A stretch of DNA of 64,000 nt, from positions 20,872 to 84,871 of the forward strand of contig JAJAPY010000008.1 in assembly GCA_020523885.1 (NCBI GenBank), given 5' to 3'. This DNA is from Candidatus Liberimonas magnetica (GTDB lineage Bacteria; Elusimicrobiota; Endomicrobiia; Endomicrobiales; JAFGIL01). The translations under genes were made by a program, and so were the position numbers. The notes beneath the pieces were generated by a model, which was not told the origin of the DNA, ran no database searches, and worked only from the letters and a program-made list of their open reading frames with translations. This document shows, piece after piece, positions 29,581 through 40,690 of the stretch. Within the stretch, counting starts at the first letter, position 1. Each line of letters begins with the position of its first letter.

Positions 29581-30495
29581 ATGGCAAAAGTACTCATAGC
29601 AGATGATGACCTGGAAATATTAGAACTCCTAAAATTTACTTTTGAAAATGAGAATTATGAGGTTTTGACGGCCTGTGATGGAGAAGAAGCCGTTAATTTA
29701 ATCAATATTAATAAACCAGATATTATTTTGCTGGACGTTAATATGCCGAAGCTTACCGGTTACGAAGTGTTGGAAAAGGTGCGCCAAAACAGTGCTACCA
29801 GCCTTACCCCGGTGATCATGCTCACCTCCCTTACAAAAACGAAAGACAAGATCACCGGCATAAAGCTAGGGGCAGATGAATATGTCGGGAAACCTTTCGA
29901 ACCATTTGAAATAGTTGCCAGAGTAGAAGGGTTGTTGAAAAGAATCAAAGTCTCTTTATCCGCAAACCCGTTGACCGGCATACCCGGCAACATCTCAATA
30001 GAGAACGAAATTAAGAAAAGGCTCGAAAACAATGAAGTTTTTTCAGTGGCTTATGTTGATGCAGATAATTTCAAATCTTTCAATGATAAATACGGTTTTG
30101 AAAGAGGAGACAGTGTAATAAGGCTCATAGGCGTGATACTCCGCAGCGCGATAGCCGAGTTGGGGAATAAAGAAGATTATATCGGGCATTTGGGCGGCGA
30201 GGACTTTATTTTGATATCTTCAAAGGACAAGATCCGCCAAATAGTAGAAAAATCTATAGAAGTTTTTGATTCTCTGATACCATGCCAGTATGATGCAGAA
30301 GAACGGACTAAGGGGTACATGATAGCGCTGAACAGGCACGGTAACACTGAAAAATATCTTTTGATGAGTATTTCAATAGGGATAATCTCGGTAGATCCCG
30401 CTTCGTACAAAAATTATTCTCAAGTTGTTGAAAAAGTCAACGAAGTACTAAAGTCCGCAAAAGCGATCCCCGGAAGTGTTTATAAGATGGAATAG
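29581..30495 (+). CDS. Response regulator with GGDEF-type domain, variant GGEDF active-site motif
   Basis: REC (VLIADDD...ILLDVNMP...KP) plus a GGDEF fold (YVDADNFKSFNDKYGFERGD ... HLGGEDFILIS). Confidence 0.8.
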   Translation: MAKVLIADDDLEILELLKFTFENENYEVLTACDGEEAVNLININKPDIILLDVNMPKLTGYEVLEKVRQNSATSLTPVIMLTSLTKTKDKITGIKLGADEYVGKPFEPFEIVARVEGLLKRIKVSLSANPLTGIPGNISIENEIKKRLENNEVFSVAYVDADNFKSFNDKYGFERGDSVIRLIGVILRSAIAELGNKEDYIGHLGGEDFILISSKDKIRQIVEKSIEVFDSLIPCQYDAEERTKGYMIALNRHGNTEKYLLMSISIGIISVDPASYKNYSQVVEKVNEVLKSAKAIPGSVYKME

Positions 30496-30658
30496 AACGG
30501 GCCTCAATATTACCCCGCCGCACGGAAATTTATCTCTTTTTTGCCGATACTGTAATTAGTGTCCCAGGCCCGGTGATTCGATCGAAATAATATTTAAAAA
30601 GCCATCATCTAAGGTTTGATCTGAGCGTTCAGGATATGATGAGTTTTTTAAGCAGTCC

Positions 30659-32170
30659 CTACTTTACGATGATTACCAACACGCCGAGTATTACTATAAT
30701 TGTCAATACTGCCAGGGAAGCGCTAAAGAATGAAGAGCCTTTTTTCCTTATGGTTTCGATAGGTTTTTCTTTAACTTGTTTCTGGGTTATTTTATGCCCT
30801 TTTACTACTACTTCTTCAGTGGTTATATTGCCGGCATAGTCCTGTGCAGTCACAGTGATAACATCGTAAGCTCTTTTAGGCAGTATGGCAGAGATGAACC
30901 TGCCATTTTCATCTACGGGGACAGGGTTATCATTTACTTTCAGCAGGGCGCCCGGCTCTGTCTTTCCCTCAATATGTATGAATTTGTCAGCGGTATCTGC
31001 TTTTTTTTCAGGGTATATCTCTAAGACCGGAGAAACATTGTCGATGCCAAATTCTATAGGGAGGGTATATCTTCCCTCGAAGTCTAAATTATCGATATAG
31101 GCATACCTGTAGTAATAAATCCCGTCTGGTAAGTCGTAATCTGCGAATCTAATATTAACTTTTTCGCTGAAACTATGTATCTTGTCAATCAGCACGGAAT
31201 GAAAATCCGAACCTGACGATATTTGAAGATGGTACCTCGTCACGTTTTTATTTGCAACTACAGGGGCTCCATATTCGGCTTTTGAGCTTCTTGAAACATT
31301 TGTATCCGGAGGGGGTATTACACTTACATCAAGAGAACTTGAAACAACTTTTTTCACAGGGTGGGAGGGGGTGGCAGAAGGCCCGGTTTTCGACATATTT
31401 ATCGAGATATCTGTTTTAGGTTCCGGCGGTAAAGCATGGGGGAGTGAAGGGGGTTCTTTAACCTTTACTTCAGTCCCAAAACCTTTTGTCAGCGTAACTG
31501 TCCTTCCCTGAGAAGTAACATCAACTATACCTTCAAAGACTTCAACGATAGTGGTCATGTCCTCTTTTATCTTTGTTTTAAAATCCGGGGGTATCCCTCT
31601 TGCGTCAATATGCGGGTCGACTATAGTGCTGGCTGTCAGGATCTTGGTCCTGGAACTGCGGAGCCCGCCCGAGAGCAGGCTTGCTTCTTCGCGGACCTTT
31701 TCAGGCCGTAAAATAACCAGGGAATTTTCATCGAGTTTTAAGATCTCTCCGGACGGGAATTTTACCTGTGCTATCGACTGCTGTAGTGTCCTCAGCCCGT
31801 CTTCGTTGTATAATTTCATATCTTTCCAGGCAGGGTTCCATTCCGCATCTTTTTGCCTCCGGTAACGGACATCATTTACTACTTCTATCAGGGACGCTGT
31901 CCTTAAGTTCTCTTTTATTAAAAGGATGGGCACGTTCAACTTCATTCCCGGCAGGATGAGGTTCGGGTCGCTTGAAGGGAGTTTATTGTATTTTAAGATC
32001 TCAGGCCACCGTTTGGGGTCTTTTAAATAATAATTAGCGACGCCCCATAAGGTGTCGCCTTCTTTAACCGTGATTTCCTGCAAAACTTCTGCGTAAATTA
32101 TTGAACAGAATATCACTAATAAAAAGAAAGGCGTTAAGTATATTTTCGCGAATTTGATTATACTAAGCAT
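30659..32170 (-). CDS. LysM domain protein with FecR-like middle region and C-terminal TM anchor
   Basis: LysM: ITVKEGDTLWGVANYYL...PGMKLNVP. The C-terminus ends in a hydrophobic helix. Confidence 0.7.
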   Translation of the reverse strand: MLSIIKFAKIYLTPFFLLVIFCSIIYAEVLQEITVKEGDTLWGVANYYLKDPKRWPEILKYNKLPSSDPNLILPGMKLNVPILLIKENLRTASLIEVVNDVRYRRQKDAEWNPAWKDMKLYNEDGLRTLQQSIAQVKFPSGEILKLDENSLVILRPEKVREEASLLSGGLRSSRTKILTASTIVDPHIDARGIPPDFKTKIKEDMTTIVEVFEGIVDVTSQGRTVTLTKGFGTEVKVKEPPSLPHALPPEPKTDISINMSKTGPSATPSHPVKKVVSSSLDVSVIPPPDTNVSRSSKAEYGAPVVANKNVTRYHLQISSGSDFHSVLIDKIHSFSEKVNIRFADYDLPDGIYYYRYAYIDNLDFEGRYTLPIEFGIDNVSPVLEIYPEKKADTADKFIHIEGKTEPGALLKVNDNPVPVDENGRFISAILPKRAYDVITVTAQDYAGNITTEEVVVKGHKITQKQVKEKPIETIRKKGSSFFSASLAVLTIIVILGVLVIIVK

Positions 32171-34340
32171 TAAGAGTCTCGGTAGTTTCCTGATTTTCTT
32201 CCGGTTTCAACGTTTTTGAAATAGTAAAACAAAATTTTGACCCTTCTCCTATTTTTGATTCTGCCCAGATAGTCCCGTTATGTGCTTCGACAATATGTTT
32301 ACATATCGTAAGGCCCAGCCCCGTGCCCCCTCTCCGCTGGCCGGCGACCTGCTGGAACTTATCAAAGATCTTTGATGTATATTCCGGAGGTATCCCTTCA
32401 CCAGTGTCCGTTACTACGACCAGTATATGGTCCTTTTCATCAGTTATATTTACAGTGATCTGGCCGTTATCCGGGGTGAACTTTAAGGCATTTCCGATAA
32501 GGTTTCCGAAAACCCGTTCAAGAAGCCTTGAGTCTGCCAAGACTGGCTCAAGACCTTCCGGGGCGTTAACGGAAAGCTTTATGGATTTTCTCACTGCGTG
32601 TGGTTCCAGGAACTCGATCATCTTTTGTGCGACGGAATAGATATCGGTTTTTTCAAGGTTCAAATGCATCCTGCCGGCCTCAAGTTTTGCAATGTCCAAT
32701 ATATCGTCTATAAGCCCTATGAGTCTTTGAGTTGCGCGGTTCATAGTATCAAGCATCTTTTTTTGTTTCTCGTTCACTTCCCCGCCGACCCCGTCAATAA
32801 GGAATTTCAAGAACCCCCTGATCGAGGTGACGGGATTCCGCAGGTCGTGCGTGATGGAATGGAGGAAATCATCTTTCATTTTTTCAAGTTCTTTTTCGAG
32901 TGTGATATCCCTTATAAGGATCAAAACACCGAGCTTTTCATTTTTTTCCCGGGTTACGACGTCTTCAGCCGAGATCTCATAGCATTTGGTCAAGGCGTCG
33001 GAAGATAGACTGACCTGTTTGGGTTCTTTTCTTTTCGCCATGTTTACCACTTCAAACAGAACGTCTTTGATGAGGGGGTTTTTTACGAGGTTCCAAACTG
33101 CCTTGTTTTGCCAGTTTTCCCCTGCGGGCAAGCCCAACAATTCTTCCGCTTTCCTGTTTACGAGCTGCAGCCTTCCTTCCTGGTCTATCAACAAAAGCCC
33201 GTCGGAGATAGAGTGAACGACCGATTCGGTCTTTGTTTTTTCCGTTATTACTTTATCCACCTGCATTTCGTCATAACGCCTGAGTTCCATAGTCATATTG
33301 TTGAAAGTCTCTGCAAGGTCCTGCAGTTCATCCCTTGTATGGACGCTGACATGCACATTAAAATTCTTTTCGGCAATAAATTGCGCCGCTTTTGTAAGGC
33401 TGACCAGGGGCTTTGTAAAGTCCCGCGCGATAAAAAAAACCAGAGCTGAAGCTATTACTAAACTGATAAGGATAAGGAATACCGCCTGTTTCTGCATTCG
33501 TTTTACGGAAATGTAAGCTTCGTCTTTATCCTGCTGGATTATTACAGCCCACTTTAAGCCTTCTATCGGAGCATAGGCTCCTACTACCCCCTTACTGTCG
33601 GAAAGCCTTGTATATTCTTTTGAACCTACAGATACGGCCTTCAAGGCTTCGTTCACTATAGGGAGGTCTTTAACGGGTGTCTTGGTTTTTGCAAGGTTGA
33701 CCTGCGGGTGTGCGATTATTTCACCCTTGCTGTTCACCAAAAAGGCATACCCTGTAGATGCGATCCTTGTATGGGTTATTTTTTTCCAGAGGTTATCCAG
33801 GGTGACCGTAACATAGAGGCAGTATTGAAAGTCAAGCGGATAAACGATATTTATCCTGGGCTCGTCATTAACAAAATATACTTCGCTTAACGATGAAAGT
33901 TTGGGGCTCTTCCAGAAAGAAATAAAAGTCTGGTCTTGTTTCATCGACAAAAGGCGCGGATTCTTTTCAAGGGAAGCATTATAGGCTTTCAGGAACTCAC
34001 TCCCTTTCTTCTCTACGATAGAGACAGAAACCAGGTTTTCATTGGTATTTAAGAGGGCTTGGAGCACCGACTGTCGGTCGTTCCATGTCATCTGCGAAGA
34101 CAAAGTTTGTATAACATATTGTATTTCCCTGTCCAGGTTTTTTAAATACTCGTTGACGCTGTCAGCAAGGGATATGGCCATGTTCGTGTGCAGTTCCAGG
34201 ATAGCGGCCTGCATCCCTTCTTTGTTGATATTTACCGTTCTCCAGCCTACGATGGCGGCAGGAACGACCGCAAGGATCACAAGAATTATGAAGAATTTTG
34301 GAAAGAGTTTTAATCTCATGTATATCCTAATTTTAGCCAA
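32163..34340 (-). CDS. Sensor histidine kinase (Cache-like periplasmic domain, HAMP, PAS, HisKA, HATPase_c)
   Basis: H-box FLHSITHDLRNP. N/G boxes GNALKF, DTGEGI, GTGLGL. Confidence 0.9.
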   Translation of the reverse strand: MAKIRIYMRLKLFPKFFIILVILAVVPAAIVGWRTVNINKEGMQAAILELHTNMAISLADSVNEYLKNLDREIQYVIQTLSSQMTWNDRQSVLQALLNTNENLVSVSIVEKKGSEFLKAYNASLEKNPRLLSMKQDQTFISFWKSPKLSSLSEVYFVNDEPRINIVYPLDFQYCLYVTVTLDNLWKKITHTRIASTGYAFLVNSKGEIIAHPQVNLAKTKTPVKDLPIVNEALKAVSVGSKEYTRLSDSKGVVGAYAPIEGLKWAVIIQQDKDEAYISVKRMQKQAVFLILISLVIASALVFFIARDFTKPLVSLTKAAQFIAEKNFNVHVSVHTRDELQDLAETFNNMTMELRRYDEMQVDKVITEKTKTESVVHSISDGLLLIDQEGRLQLVNRKAEELLGLPAGENWQNKAVWNLVKNPLIKDVLFEVVNMAKRKEPKQVSLSSDALTKCYEISAEDVVTREKNEKLGVLILIRDITLEKELEKMKDDFLHSITHDLRNPVTSIRGFLKFLIDGVGGEVNEKQKKMLDTMNRATQRLIGLIDDILDIAKLEAGRMHLNLEKTDIYSVAQKMIEFLEPHAVRKSIKLSVNAPEGLEPVLADSRLLERVFGNLIGNALKFTPDNGQITVNITDEKDHILVVVTDTGEGIPPEYTSKIFDKFQQVAGQRRGGTGLGLTICKHIVEAHNGTIWAESKIGEGSKFCFTISKTLKPEENQETTETLNA

Positions 34341-34355
34341 ATCTATGCTTAATTG

Positions 34356-35528
34356 TCAATGTATGCGTGCCAGTTCAGAGAGAGCTGTTTTTGCCGTTTT
34401 GGTAAAATCATCCTTATATTTGGCCTCGATGCTTTTAACCACAGGGAATTTCATTGTCATAAAGTTCATGAAGCTCCCGTCTTTTTTCATCCTGAAGTCA
34501 AGGTGCGGCCCGGTAGCAAGCCCTGTGGCGCCCACATACCCGACAACCTGCCCCTGCCTGACACTTTCTCCGAGCCGCAGGCTTCTTTCAAAATGGGAAA
34601 GGTGGCCGTAATAGGATTCGTAGCCGTTCGGATGACGGACCCTCACGAGGTTGCCGAAACCGCCTTCCCTGGCTCTAAATACCACATGCCCGTCACCTAC
34701 CGACGATACGGGCGTGCCTGCAGGCGCTGCATAATCGATGCCAAGATGAGGCCTGAATATTTTTAAGATGGGATGATACCTCCGTCCTGTAAAAAAGGAG
34801 CTTATGCGCCTGTACTGGAGAGGAGCACGCAGGAATGCCCTGCGCAGAGAGTCGCCCTTTATACTGTAATAATCGCTTTTACCGTCCGGGTAAAGGAAAT
34901 ATATCGCCGTATAAGTCCTGCCCCTTGATATGTACTGCGCACCGGTGATAGTATCCTTGATTATAGTCCCGTCGCCAGTCTCTTCTCTTTGCCAGACGGC
35001 TTTATAGATGTCACCGACCCGCGGCTCGGTCAGGAAGTCTATCTGCCAGGAAAAGACCTCGGCAAAGCTTACTATCAATTCCGGGTCGATCCCTTTTGCT
35101 ATCATTGATTCCCACAAAGATGTTTTGATGGCCCCCTGTGTAGTATATGTTTTGTGAACGATTTCCTTAGTCTTTTTAGCCGAACTTATAACTCCACTCG
35201 AGCTTTTTTCAACTATGTAAAAATTCAAGCCCGAAGGTTTATAGGTGAACCTTGACCAGTTGTTTGAAGTGTCGGTTTCAACTTCATACTTGTCCCCTGC
35301 TTTACAATACCTGGGGTTAAATACCTTTGAAAGGCTCGAAATTATCTTATCGTTTTCTTGCTGGGGCAGGTTTGCAGATTTCAGGCTCTGGCCCAGTGTG
35401 TCTCCGGCTTTTAAATTAAAGGATTTTACAGGTGTTTTTACTTGTACCGGTTCAGGGTTTTTGCAGCCGGAAAGAATGAATACTGATATTAAAAGAAAGA
35501 GATTTAAATATTTGACAAATTTGACCAT
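34356..35528 (-). CDS. M23 family metallopeptidase
   Basis: HLGIDYAAPAGTPV and GATGLATGPHLDF motifs. Confidence 0.9.
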   Translation of the reverse strand: MVKFVKYLNLFLLISVFILSGCKNPEPVQVKTPVKSFNLKAGDTLGQSLKSANLPQQENDKIISSLSKVFNPRYCKAGDKYEVETDTSNNWSRFTYKPSGLNFYIVEKSSSGVISSAKKTKEIVHKTYTTQGAIKTSLWESMIAKGIDPELIVSFAEVFSWQIDFLTEPRVGDIYKAVWQREETGDGTIIKDTITGAQYISRGRTYTAIYFLYPDGKSDYYSIKGDSLRRAFLRAPLQYRRISSFFTGRRYHPILKIFRPHLGIDYAAPAGTPVSSVGDGHVVFRAREGGFGNLVRVRHPNGYESYYGHLSHFERSLRLGESVRQGQVVGYVGATGLATGPHLDFRMKKDGSFMNFMTMKFPVVKSIEAKYKDDFTKTAKTALSELARIH

Positions 35529-35645
35529 AAATATTTCAGTATTTTAGCAGATTTTTTACGATTTAACAATTTTATTAGAACGTTCAGGATAAATTGACTA
35601 TATCTTCTCTTAATAATATAATAATATATATAAATAAAAAATTAT

Positions 35646-36347
35646 ATGAATAGATATTATGAATTGATAAAAGAACTGGAAGGTCTGAAAAACCCTGGGA
35701 AAGCTAAATTATTATCCAGTTTTTTTAAAACCGGCAAAGGCGAGTACGGCGAGGGAGATGTTTTCCTTGGTATCACGCTGCCTGAACAAAGAATAGTGTA
35801 TAAAAAATACCTTGATCTTGGAACGGCGGGTTTAAAAAAACTCCTTTCAAGCGGTATCCACGAGCACAGGCTTGTTGCATTGTTGATACTCGTAGAAAAT
35901 TATAAAAGATCCGGTGAAGCAAACAGAAAAAAAATAGCAGAGTTTTATATAAAGAACAAAAAAGGGATAAATAACTGGGACCTGGTGGACCTCTCAGCGC
36001 CTTCTATCCTGGGCCATTATTTTTTTAACAAAGACAAAAGCCTCTTATACAACTTTGCCCGTTCAAAAAACCTGTGGGCAAAACGGATAGCGGTCCTTTC
36101 ATCGTTTTATTTTATCAGGAATAGAGAGTTCAAAGATGCTCTTAAGATATCTGCTATACTGCTCCATGACAAGCATGACCTTATACATAAAGCTGTAGGC
36201 TGGATGCTGAGGGAACTGGGAAAAAGGGATATAAAAGTTGAAGAATCATTTTTAAAAAAGTATTATAAAACAATGCCCCGGACAATGCTCCGCTATGCGA
36301 TAGAAAAGTTCGCTAAGGACAAAAAATTATTCTATATGACAAAATAA
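35646..36347 (+). CDS. DNA alkylation repair protein (AlkD-like HEAT-repeat family)
   Basis: Family-typical FFKTGKGEYGEGDVFLGI ... NNWDLVD ... GWMLRE pattern. Confidence 0.8.
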   Translation: MNRYYELIKELEGLKNPGKAKLLSSFFKTGKGEYGEGDVFLGITLPEQRIVYKKYLDLGTAGLKKLLSSGIHEHRLVALLILVENYKRSGEANRKKIAEFYIKNKKGINNWDLVDLSAPSILGHYFFNKDKSLLYNFARSKNLWAKRIAVLSSFYFIRNREFKDALKISAILLHDKHDLIHKAVGWMLRELGKRDIKVEESFLKKYYKTMPRTMLRYAIEKFAKDKKLFYMTK

Positions 36348-36409
36348 GCCCCTCTGCTTTGCTCATCAAAAGCTAGCTTGGCAAAAAAGGGCTAAGGAGA
36401 GAATTCAAC

Positions 36410-36766
36410 ATGAAAAAGTTTATTGTTGTTAGCTTGATGTTTTTTTTGTTTGCCGGCATCGGTTTTGCCAAATCAAAACCCATTACGGTAAAAGGGTATA
36501 TCCTGGACAATGTGTGCATAAAGCTTAACCAAAAAGACCTCCCTGGCTGTGCTGCCAAGCATACGAAAGAATGCGCTCTTACGCCTGCCTGTTATGAGAG
36601 CGGGTACGCTGTCTATACAGACGAAGGCAAACTTATCCCTTTATCCAAGAAAGCCACTGCAAAAACCAGGGCATACTTAAAAAATACTGAAAGTTCGATC
36701 AAAGTAATGATATCGGGAGAAAAATCCGGTAAATACCTGGACATCATCACTATCCAGAACCAATAA
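36410..36766 (+). CDS. Small secreted Cys-containing protein, unknown function
   Basis: Signal peptide and a GGAGAG RBS. Confidence 0.6.
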   Translation: MKKFIVVSLMFFLFAGIGFAKSKPITVKGYILDNVCIKLNQKDLPGCAAKHTKECALTPACYESGYAVYTDEGKLIPLSKKATAKTRAYLKNTESSIKVMISGEKSGKYLDIITIQNQ

Positions 36767-36790
36767 TTATGATAACAAAGGTCAAAATTA

Positions 36791-37867
36791 ATGAGTAAAT
36801 TACCTAAATTGACGGGTTTCTTGGTCGTGTGGGTGTTTCTTTCTATAGGCACGGCGTTCTGTGAGGATTATTTCATTTCAATTCTGGCAGGAGGGGGCAC
36901 TCTTTTAGGGGACGGAAATAATGCATCTTTTGCCCGGTTCAACCACCCTGCGGGTATCGCTCTTGATACTTACGGGAATATCTATATCGCAGACACCTGG
37001 AACCAGCGTATAAGAACAATCGACTCCTCTGGCTTAGTAACTACTATAGCAGGAAACGGAACAAAAGAGTTTTCAGGAGACTTCAATTCAGCGGCCTCAG
37101 CCAGCCTCAATGACCCCTCAGGAGTAACGGTTGATGCATACGGGAATGTTTATATAGCAGACACGGCGAATAACAGGATAAGAAAAGTAGACGGCACAGG
37201 CAATATAACTACTATAGCCGGAGGCACCGGGGTTGAACAGGGAAACGGCGGGTCTGCGGTGTCCGCAGTACTTAGCTTTCCTTTGTGTGTCGCGGCCGGC
37301 CTTTCAGGCGATCTTTATGTAGCTGATACAGCGAATAACTGTATAAGGAAAATCGATAGTTTAGGCATTATAAGTGCTGTAGCCGGAACAGGGACCGCAG
37401 GCTATTCCGGAGACGGCGGGAAAGCAGCTGCCGCCCGGCTGAACCAACCTTCAGCAGTAGCTGTAGACAGGTTAGGGAATATATTTATAGCAGACACATT
37501 AAATAACCGCATAAGAAAGATCGATAAGTACAAGCAAATAACAACTGTGGCCGGCAACGGGAAAACAGGTTTTCAGGGAGACGGCGGTACTGCAACTTCA
37601 GCCCAGCTTAACAGCCCTTGTGGCGTAGCAGTTGACGAGCACAGGAACGTCTATATAGCCGACACTTTAAACGACCGTATTAGAAAAGTAGATATATTTG
37701 GCGTGATAACAACGATAGCCGGGAACGGAGATGCAGGAAGAGATGTATCATCTACGCAGCTTCGCGCACCGTTAGGAGTTGCGGTAGACACTTCCGGCAA
37801 TGTCTATATTGCCGACACGGGCAATAATCTTATAAGAAAACTAACCCCGAACAGCTCTCAGGAATAG
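36791..37867 (+). CDS. NHL-repeat beta-propeller protein
   Basis: Six repeats of P.GV(A/T)VD..GN(I/V)YIADT.NNRIRK(I/V)D. Confidence 0.9.
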   Translation: MSKLPKLTGFLVVWVFLSIGTAFCEDYFISILAGGGTLLGDGNNASFARFNHPAGIALDTYGNIYIADTWNQRIRTIDSSGLVTTIAGNGTKEFSGDFNSAASASLNDPSGVTVDAYGNVYIADTANNRIRKVDGTGNITTIAGGTGVEQGNGGSAVSAVLSFPLCVAAGLSGDLYVADTANNCIRKIDSLGIISAVAGTGTAGYSGDGGKAAAARLNQPSAVAVDRLGNIFIADTLNNRIRKIDKYKQITTVAGNGKTGFQGDGGTATSAQLNSPCGVAVDEHRNVYIADTLNDRIRKVDIFGVITTIAGNGDAGRDVSSTQLRAPLGVAVDTSGNVYIADTGNNLIRKLTPNSSQE

Positions 37868-37967
37868 AGAAATCCCCGTTCTTTAAAACCTTGGCGAAAA
37901 AGAAGGCTGGTCGGGAGTATAAAGCTATATTAAATCTCTCAATAAATAGTTTTAACCCGGGGTATGT

Positions 37968-38447
37968 ATGACGAAAAATATGATAGAACCGGTAAGCGGT
38001 TTTGAGACCTCGAAGTATCTTGGCAAATGGTATGAGATCGCCCGGCTTCCTAACTTCTTTGAAAAAGACCTGACTGATATTACCGCAGAATACAAATTCG
38101 GAGAAAAAGGCAGGATAGTTGTCATAAATTCCGGGTATGATATGAAAAAACAGCAGCGGGAAAATACTCTCGGCTATGCCAGATTTGCAGGTGTTCAGGA
38201 TGTTGCAGACCTAAAAATAAGGTTTTTCTGGCCGTTCTATGCACAATATAAAATAATTGCCCTTGATAAAGTATCATATTCGTGGGCGCTTGTTTGCGGC
38301 TCGAAGTTCAATTATCTATGGATACTTTCCCGTACACCTCAAATGGACAAACAGCAGCTTGAACAGCTTATTCGATTTGCATCGGATAAAGGTTTCAACA
38401 CCGGCAAATTAGTTTTTGTAGACCAGTCAAGGAATATTAATTCATGA
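37968..38447 (+). CDS. blc: Bacterial lipocalin (Blc-like)
   Basis: YLGKWYEIARLPN lipocalin signature. Confidence 0.85.
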   Translation: MTKNMIEPVSGFETSKYLGKWYEIARLPNFFEKDLTDITAEYKFGEKGRIVVINSGYDMKKQQRENTLGYARFAGVQDVADLKIRFFWPFYAQYKIIALDKVSYSWALVCGSKFNYLWILSRTPQMDKQQLEQLIRFASDKGFNTGKLVFVDQSRNINS

Positions 38448-38578
38448 GAATAAAATCCCTCCTTCGTCCCGCAAAGCGGGACTACGGAGGACAAGCCCCA
38501 TTAAAGAAATTGGGGACGTGTGCGTCGAAGCTTTGTGCGAAGGCTCATGAATGTGGAATTCAGTTTCTAATATAAACC

Positions 38579-40624
38579 ATGAACCCAGCTCAAAAATTAC
38601 CAAAAAACGTTATTTCCCCGTTGTTTGCTCTTACTATTTTCTTCTTATTTGCAAATAAGGCTTTTGCCAGCAACGAAGTTCATGAAGGCAGTTTAACAGT
38701 TTCCACAGGGCAAGAATACCTGGTGGAAAATAAAACGTTCCAGGTAAACGGCGATTTGACGGTGGAAAAGGGTGCGAGGTTTGTCCTCCATAATTCAACG
38801 CTTGTTATTTCCACTGCAACAAAGATCAGTTCATCAACCGTCGCATTCATATACTGGCTTCCGGGTTCGGATTTTGAAATAAAGAGCAGTACGGTAGGTA
38901 TTTTTGTATTTTTCCTGACCGATACAAAAAAAGAAACAATAGAATTTAGCGGGCTTTACAAGAAAGGGATTGTAAATTATTCTGTTTCCATGGCCGGAGG
39001 AAAACTTAATATCGAAGGTTCAATTATTACAATAGGATTGCAGTTTTGTTTTGACTGGTGTACACAGAGGGATGTTACCATAAAAGATTCTAACATATCG
39101 CTTATATGGACAAGGTACCCGCCTACAAAAGAACGCATAAAAGTATTTGACCTGCCTAATGGGCATATTGATAATTTCACGCTCAGCCAGCATATCACAG
39201 GCCTGACTCTTCCCTATGACGTACATCTCATTAATACTGATTTTGAAGACGGTTTTAAGCCTGAATTTCTAGGGACAAAGGCTGAAATAACCAATTCGCG
39301 TGCCATGGTCCATCCATACGATTTTGCAGATGTGATAGCAAGCAGCTGTACTTTAATAAGCATGAATTGTTATGGGTGCAGGCGGGCGGAAATCATAAAC
39401 AGCGATATAAAATATACCCTGCAATTTATTGACAAGCCCGGTTTCCATCAAGTTATTTACGGAAGTACTGTTGGGGTAGGCGGGTATTTTGATTTTATAT
39501 TCCGGAATTCAAAAATAACTTCGCAGGAAGTGATTGTCGCCTGCGCAACCGGAACGATCAAAGGCGATGTGGAAATCGTATCTCCGCAGGATATAGCAAA
39601 GGTCAGCTGGGTTAAAGGTAGTATTTTGCGGACGTATCCCTTGAAGCTCAGGAAACTGGATGGCACCCCTGTCCCGGGGGCAGCTGTAACGCTTCTTAGC
39701 TCCGGCAAAACGATATCTTCGGGAACAACGGATGCAAACGGAGAATATTCGTTTGACATATCATTTGATTCCAATACATATACCAGGGAATATACAGTAG
39801 ATCTGCAAAATGTGCCTGTAGTTAAAAAGATAGGGTTTCTTACTACCACTCCGGTCGTTTGTTATGCAACGGCTCAAGGGCAGAGTTATGTCTATGATTC
39901 AAGCGGTACAATAAAGGAGATAGATACACCGGCCGGTAAGGTTAAAGTAAAGCTGCCTGCCGAAAGCATCACGGGAAACTATTATCTTGAAATTTCAACC
40001 TCGCCTTCAAGCCAAAGCATCGATCTGGCAAACCAGTCGGATGAGCTTGATAAAACTTTAAACAGGCTAGGCCAAAGCATCGTTGAAATAAAGGTTTTAA
40101 ACTCTACAGGAACGGTCATTAACGCCGTATTTAACCAAAACGCCGCTCTTACCCTGCCTTATCCTGATACGGATAACGACGGTATAATTGACGGTACAGA
40201 TCCAGAGATCAATGAAAATACTTTGGAAATATATACCCTGGCAAACAACCGGTGGCAAAAAACCGCAGGAAGCAGTGTGGACCCGGCTAATAATCAGGTA
40301 ACGGCCGGTCTCAACCATTTTTCAGTTTTTATTCTGATGGGTGCTCCGGCAGCAGAAAACCTCAGCAAGGTTTATGTATACCCATCACCTTGCAAAAGTG
40401 ACAGCGACACTGTTACTTTTGCAAGGATCAGTAATAATACGGAAATAAAAATATATAATATCGCCGGCGAGCTTGTTAGAACACTGAAAAACAACGGCGG
40501 CTATGATCATCTAAAATGGGATTTAAAAAATGAAAATGACAGAAAGGCAGCAAGCGGTATTTATATTTATACAGCTTCAGACTGCAAATCAGTACAAAAA
40601 GGAAAATTCGCTATAGTCAAATAA
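38579..40624 (+). CDS. Secreted protein with C-terminal FlgD-Ig/T9SS-type sorting domain
   Basis: Signal peptide. C-terminus VYVYPSP...IKIYNIAGELVRTL...WDLKNENDRKAASGIYIY...GKFAIVK. Confidence 0.75.
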   Translation: MNPAQKLPKNVISPLFALTIFFLFANKAFASNEVHEGSLTVSTGQEYLVENKTFQVNGDLTVEKGARFVLHNSTLVISTATKISSSTVAFIYWLPGSDFEIKSSTVGIFVFFLTDTKKETIEFSGLYKKGIVNYSVSMAGGKLNIEGSIITIGLQFCFDWCTQRDVTIKDSNISLIWTRYPPTKERIKVFDLPNGHIDNFTLSQHITGLTLPYDVHLINTDFEDGFKPEFLGTKAEITNSRAMVHPYDFADVIASSCTLISMNCYGCRRAEIINSDIKYTLQFIDKPGFHQVIYGSTVGVGGYFDFIFRNSKITSQEVIVACATGTIKGDVEIVSPQDIAKVSWVKGSILRTYPLKLRKLDGTPVPGAAVTLLSSGKTISSGTTDANGEYSFDISFDSNTYTREYTVDLQNVPVVKKIGFLTTTPVVCYATAQGQSYVYDSSGTIKEIDTPAGKVKVKLPAESITGNYYLEISTSPSSQSIDLANQSDELDKTLNRLGQSIVEIKVLNSTGTVINAVFNQNAALTLPYPDTDNDGIIDGTDPEINENTLEIYTLANNRWQKTAGSSVDPANNQVTAGLNHFSVFILMGAPAAENLSKVYVYPSPCKSDSDTVTFARISNNTEIKIYNIAGELVRTLKNNGGYDHLKWDLKNENDRKAASGIYIYTASDCKSVQKGKFAIVK

Positions 40625-40690
40625 AAGAAAGAGAAAAGGGGGAGTTAGTTGATTTGTTATATTAAATCATTGCTGTCCAAATTAGGTGTC

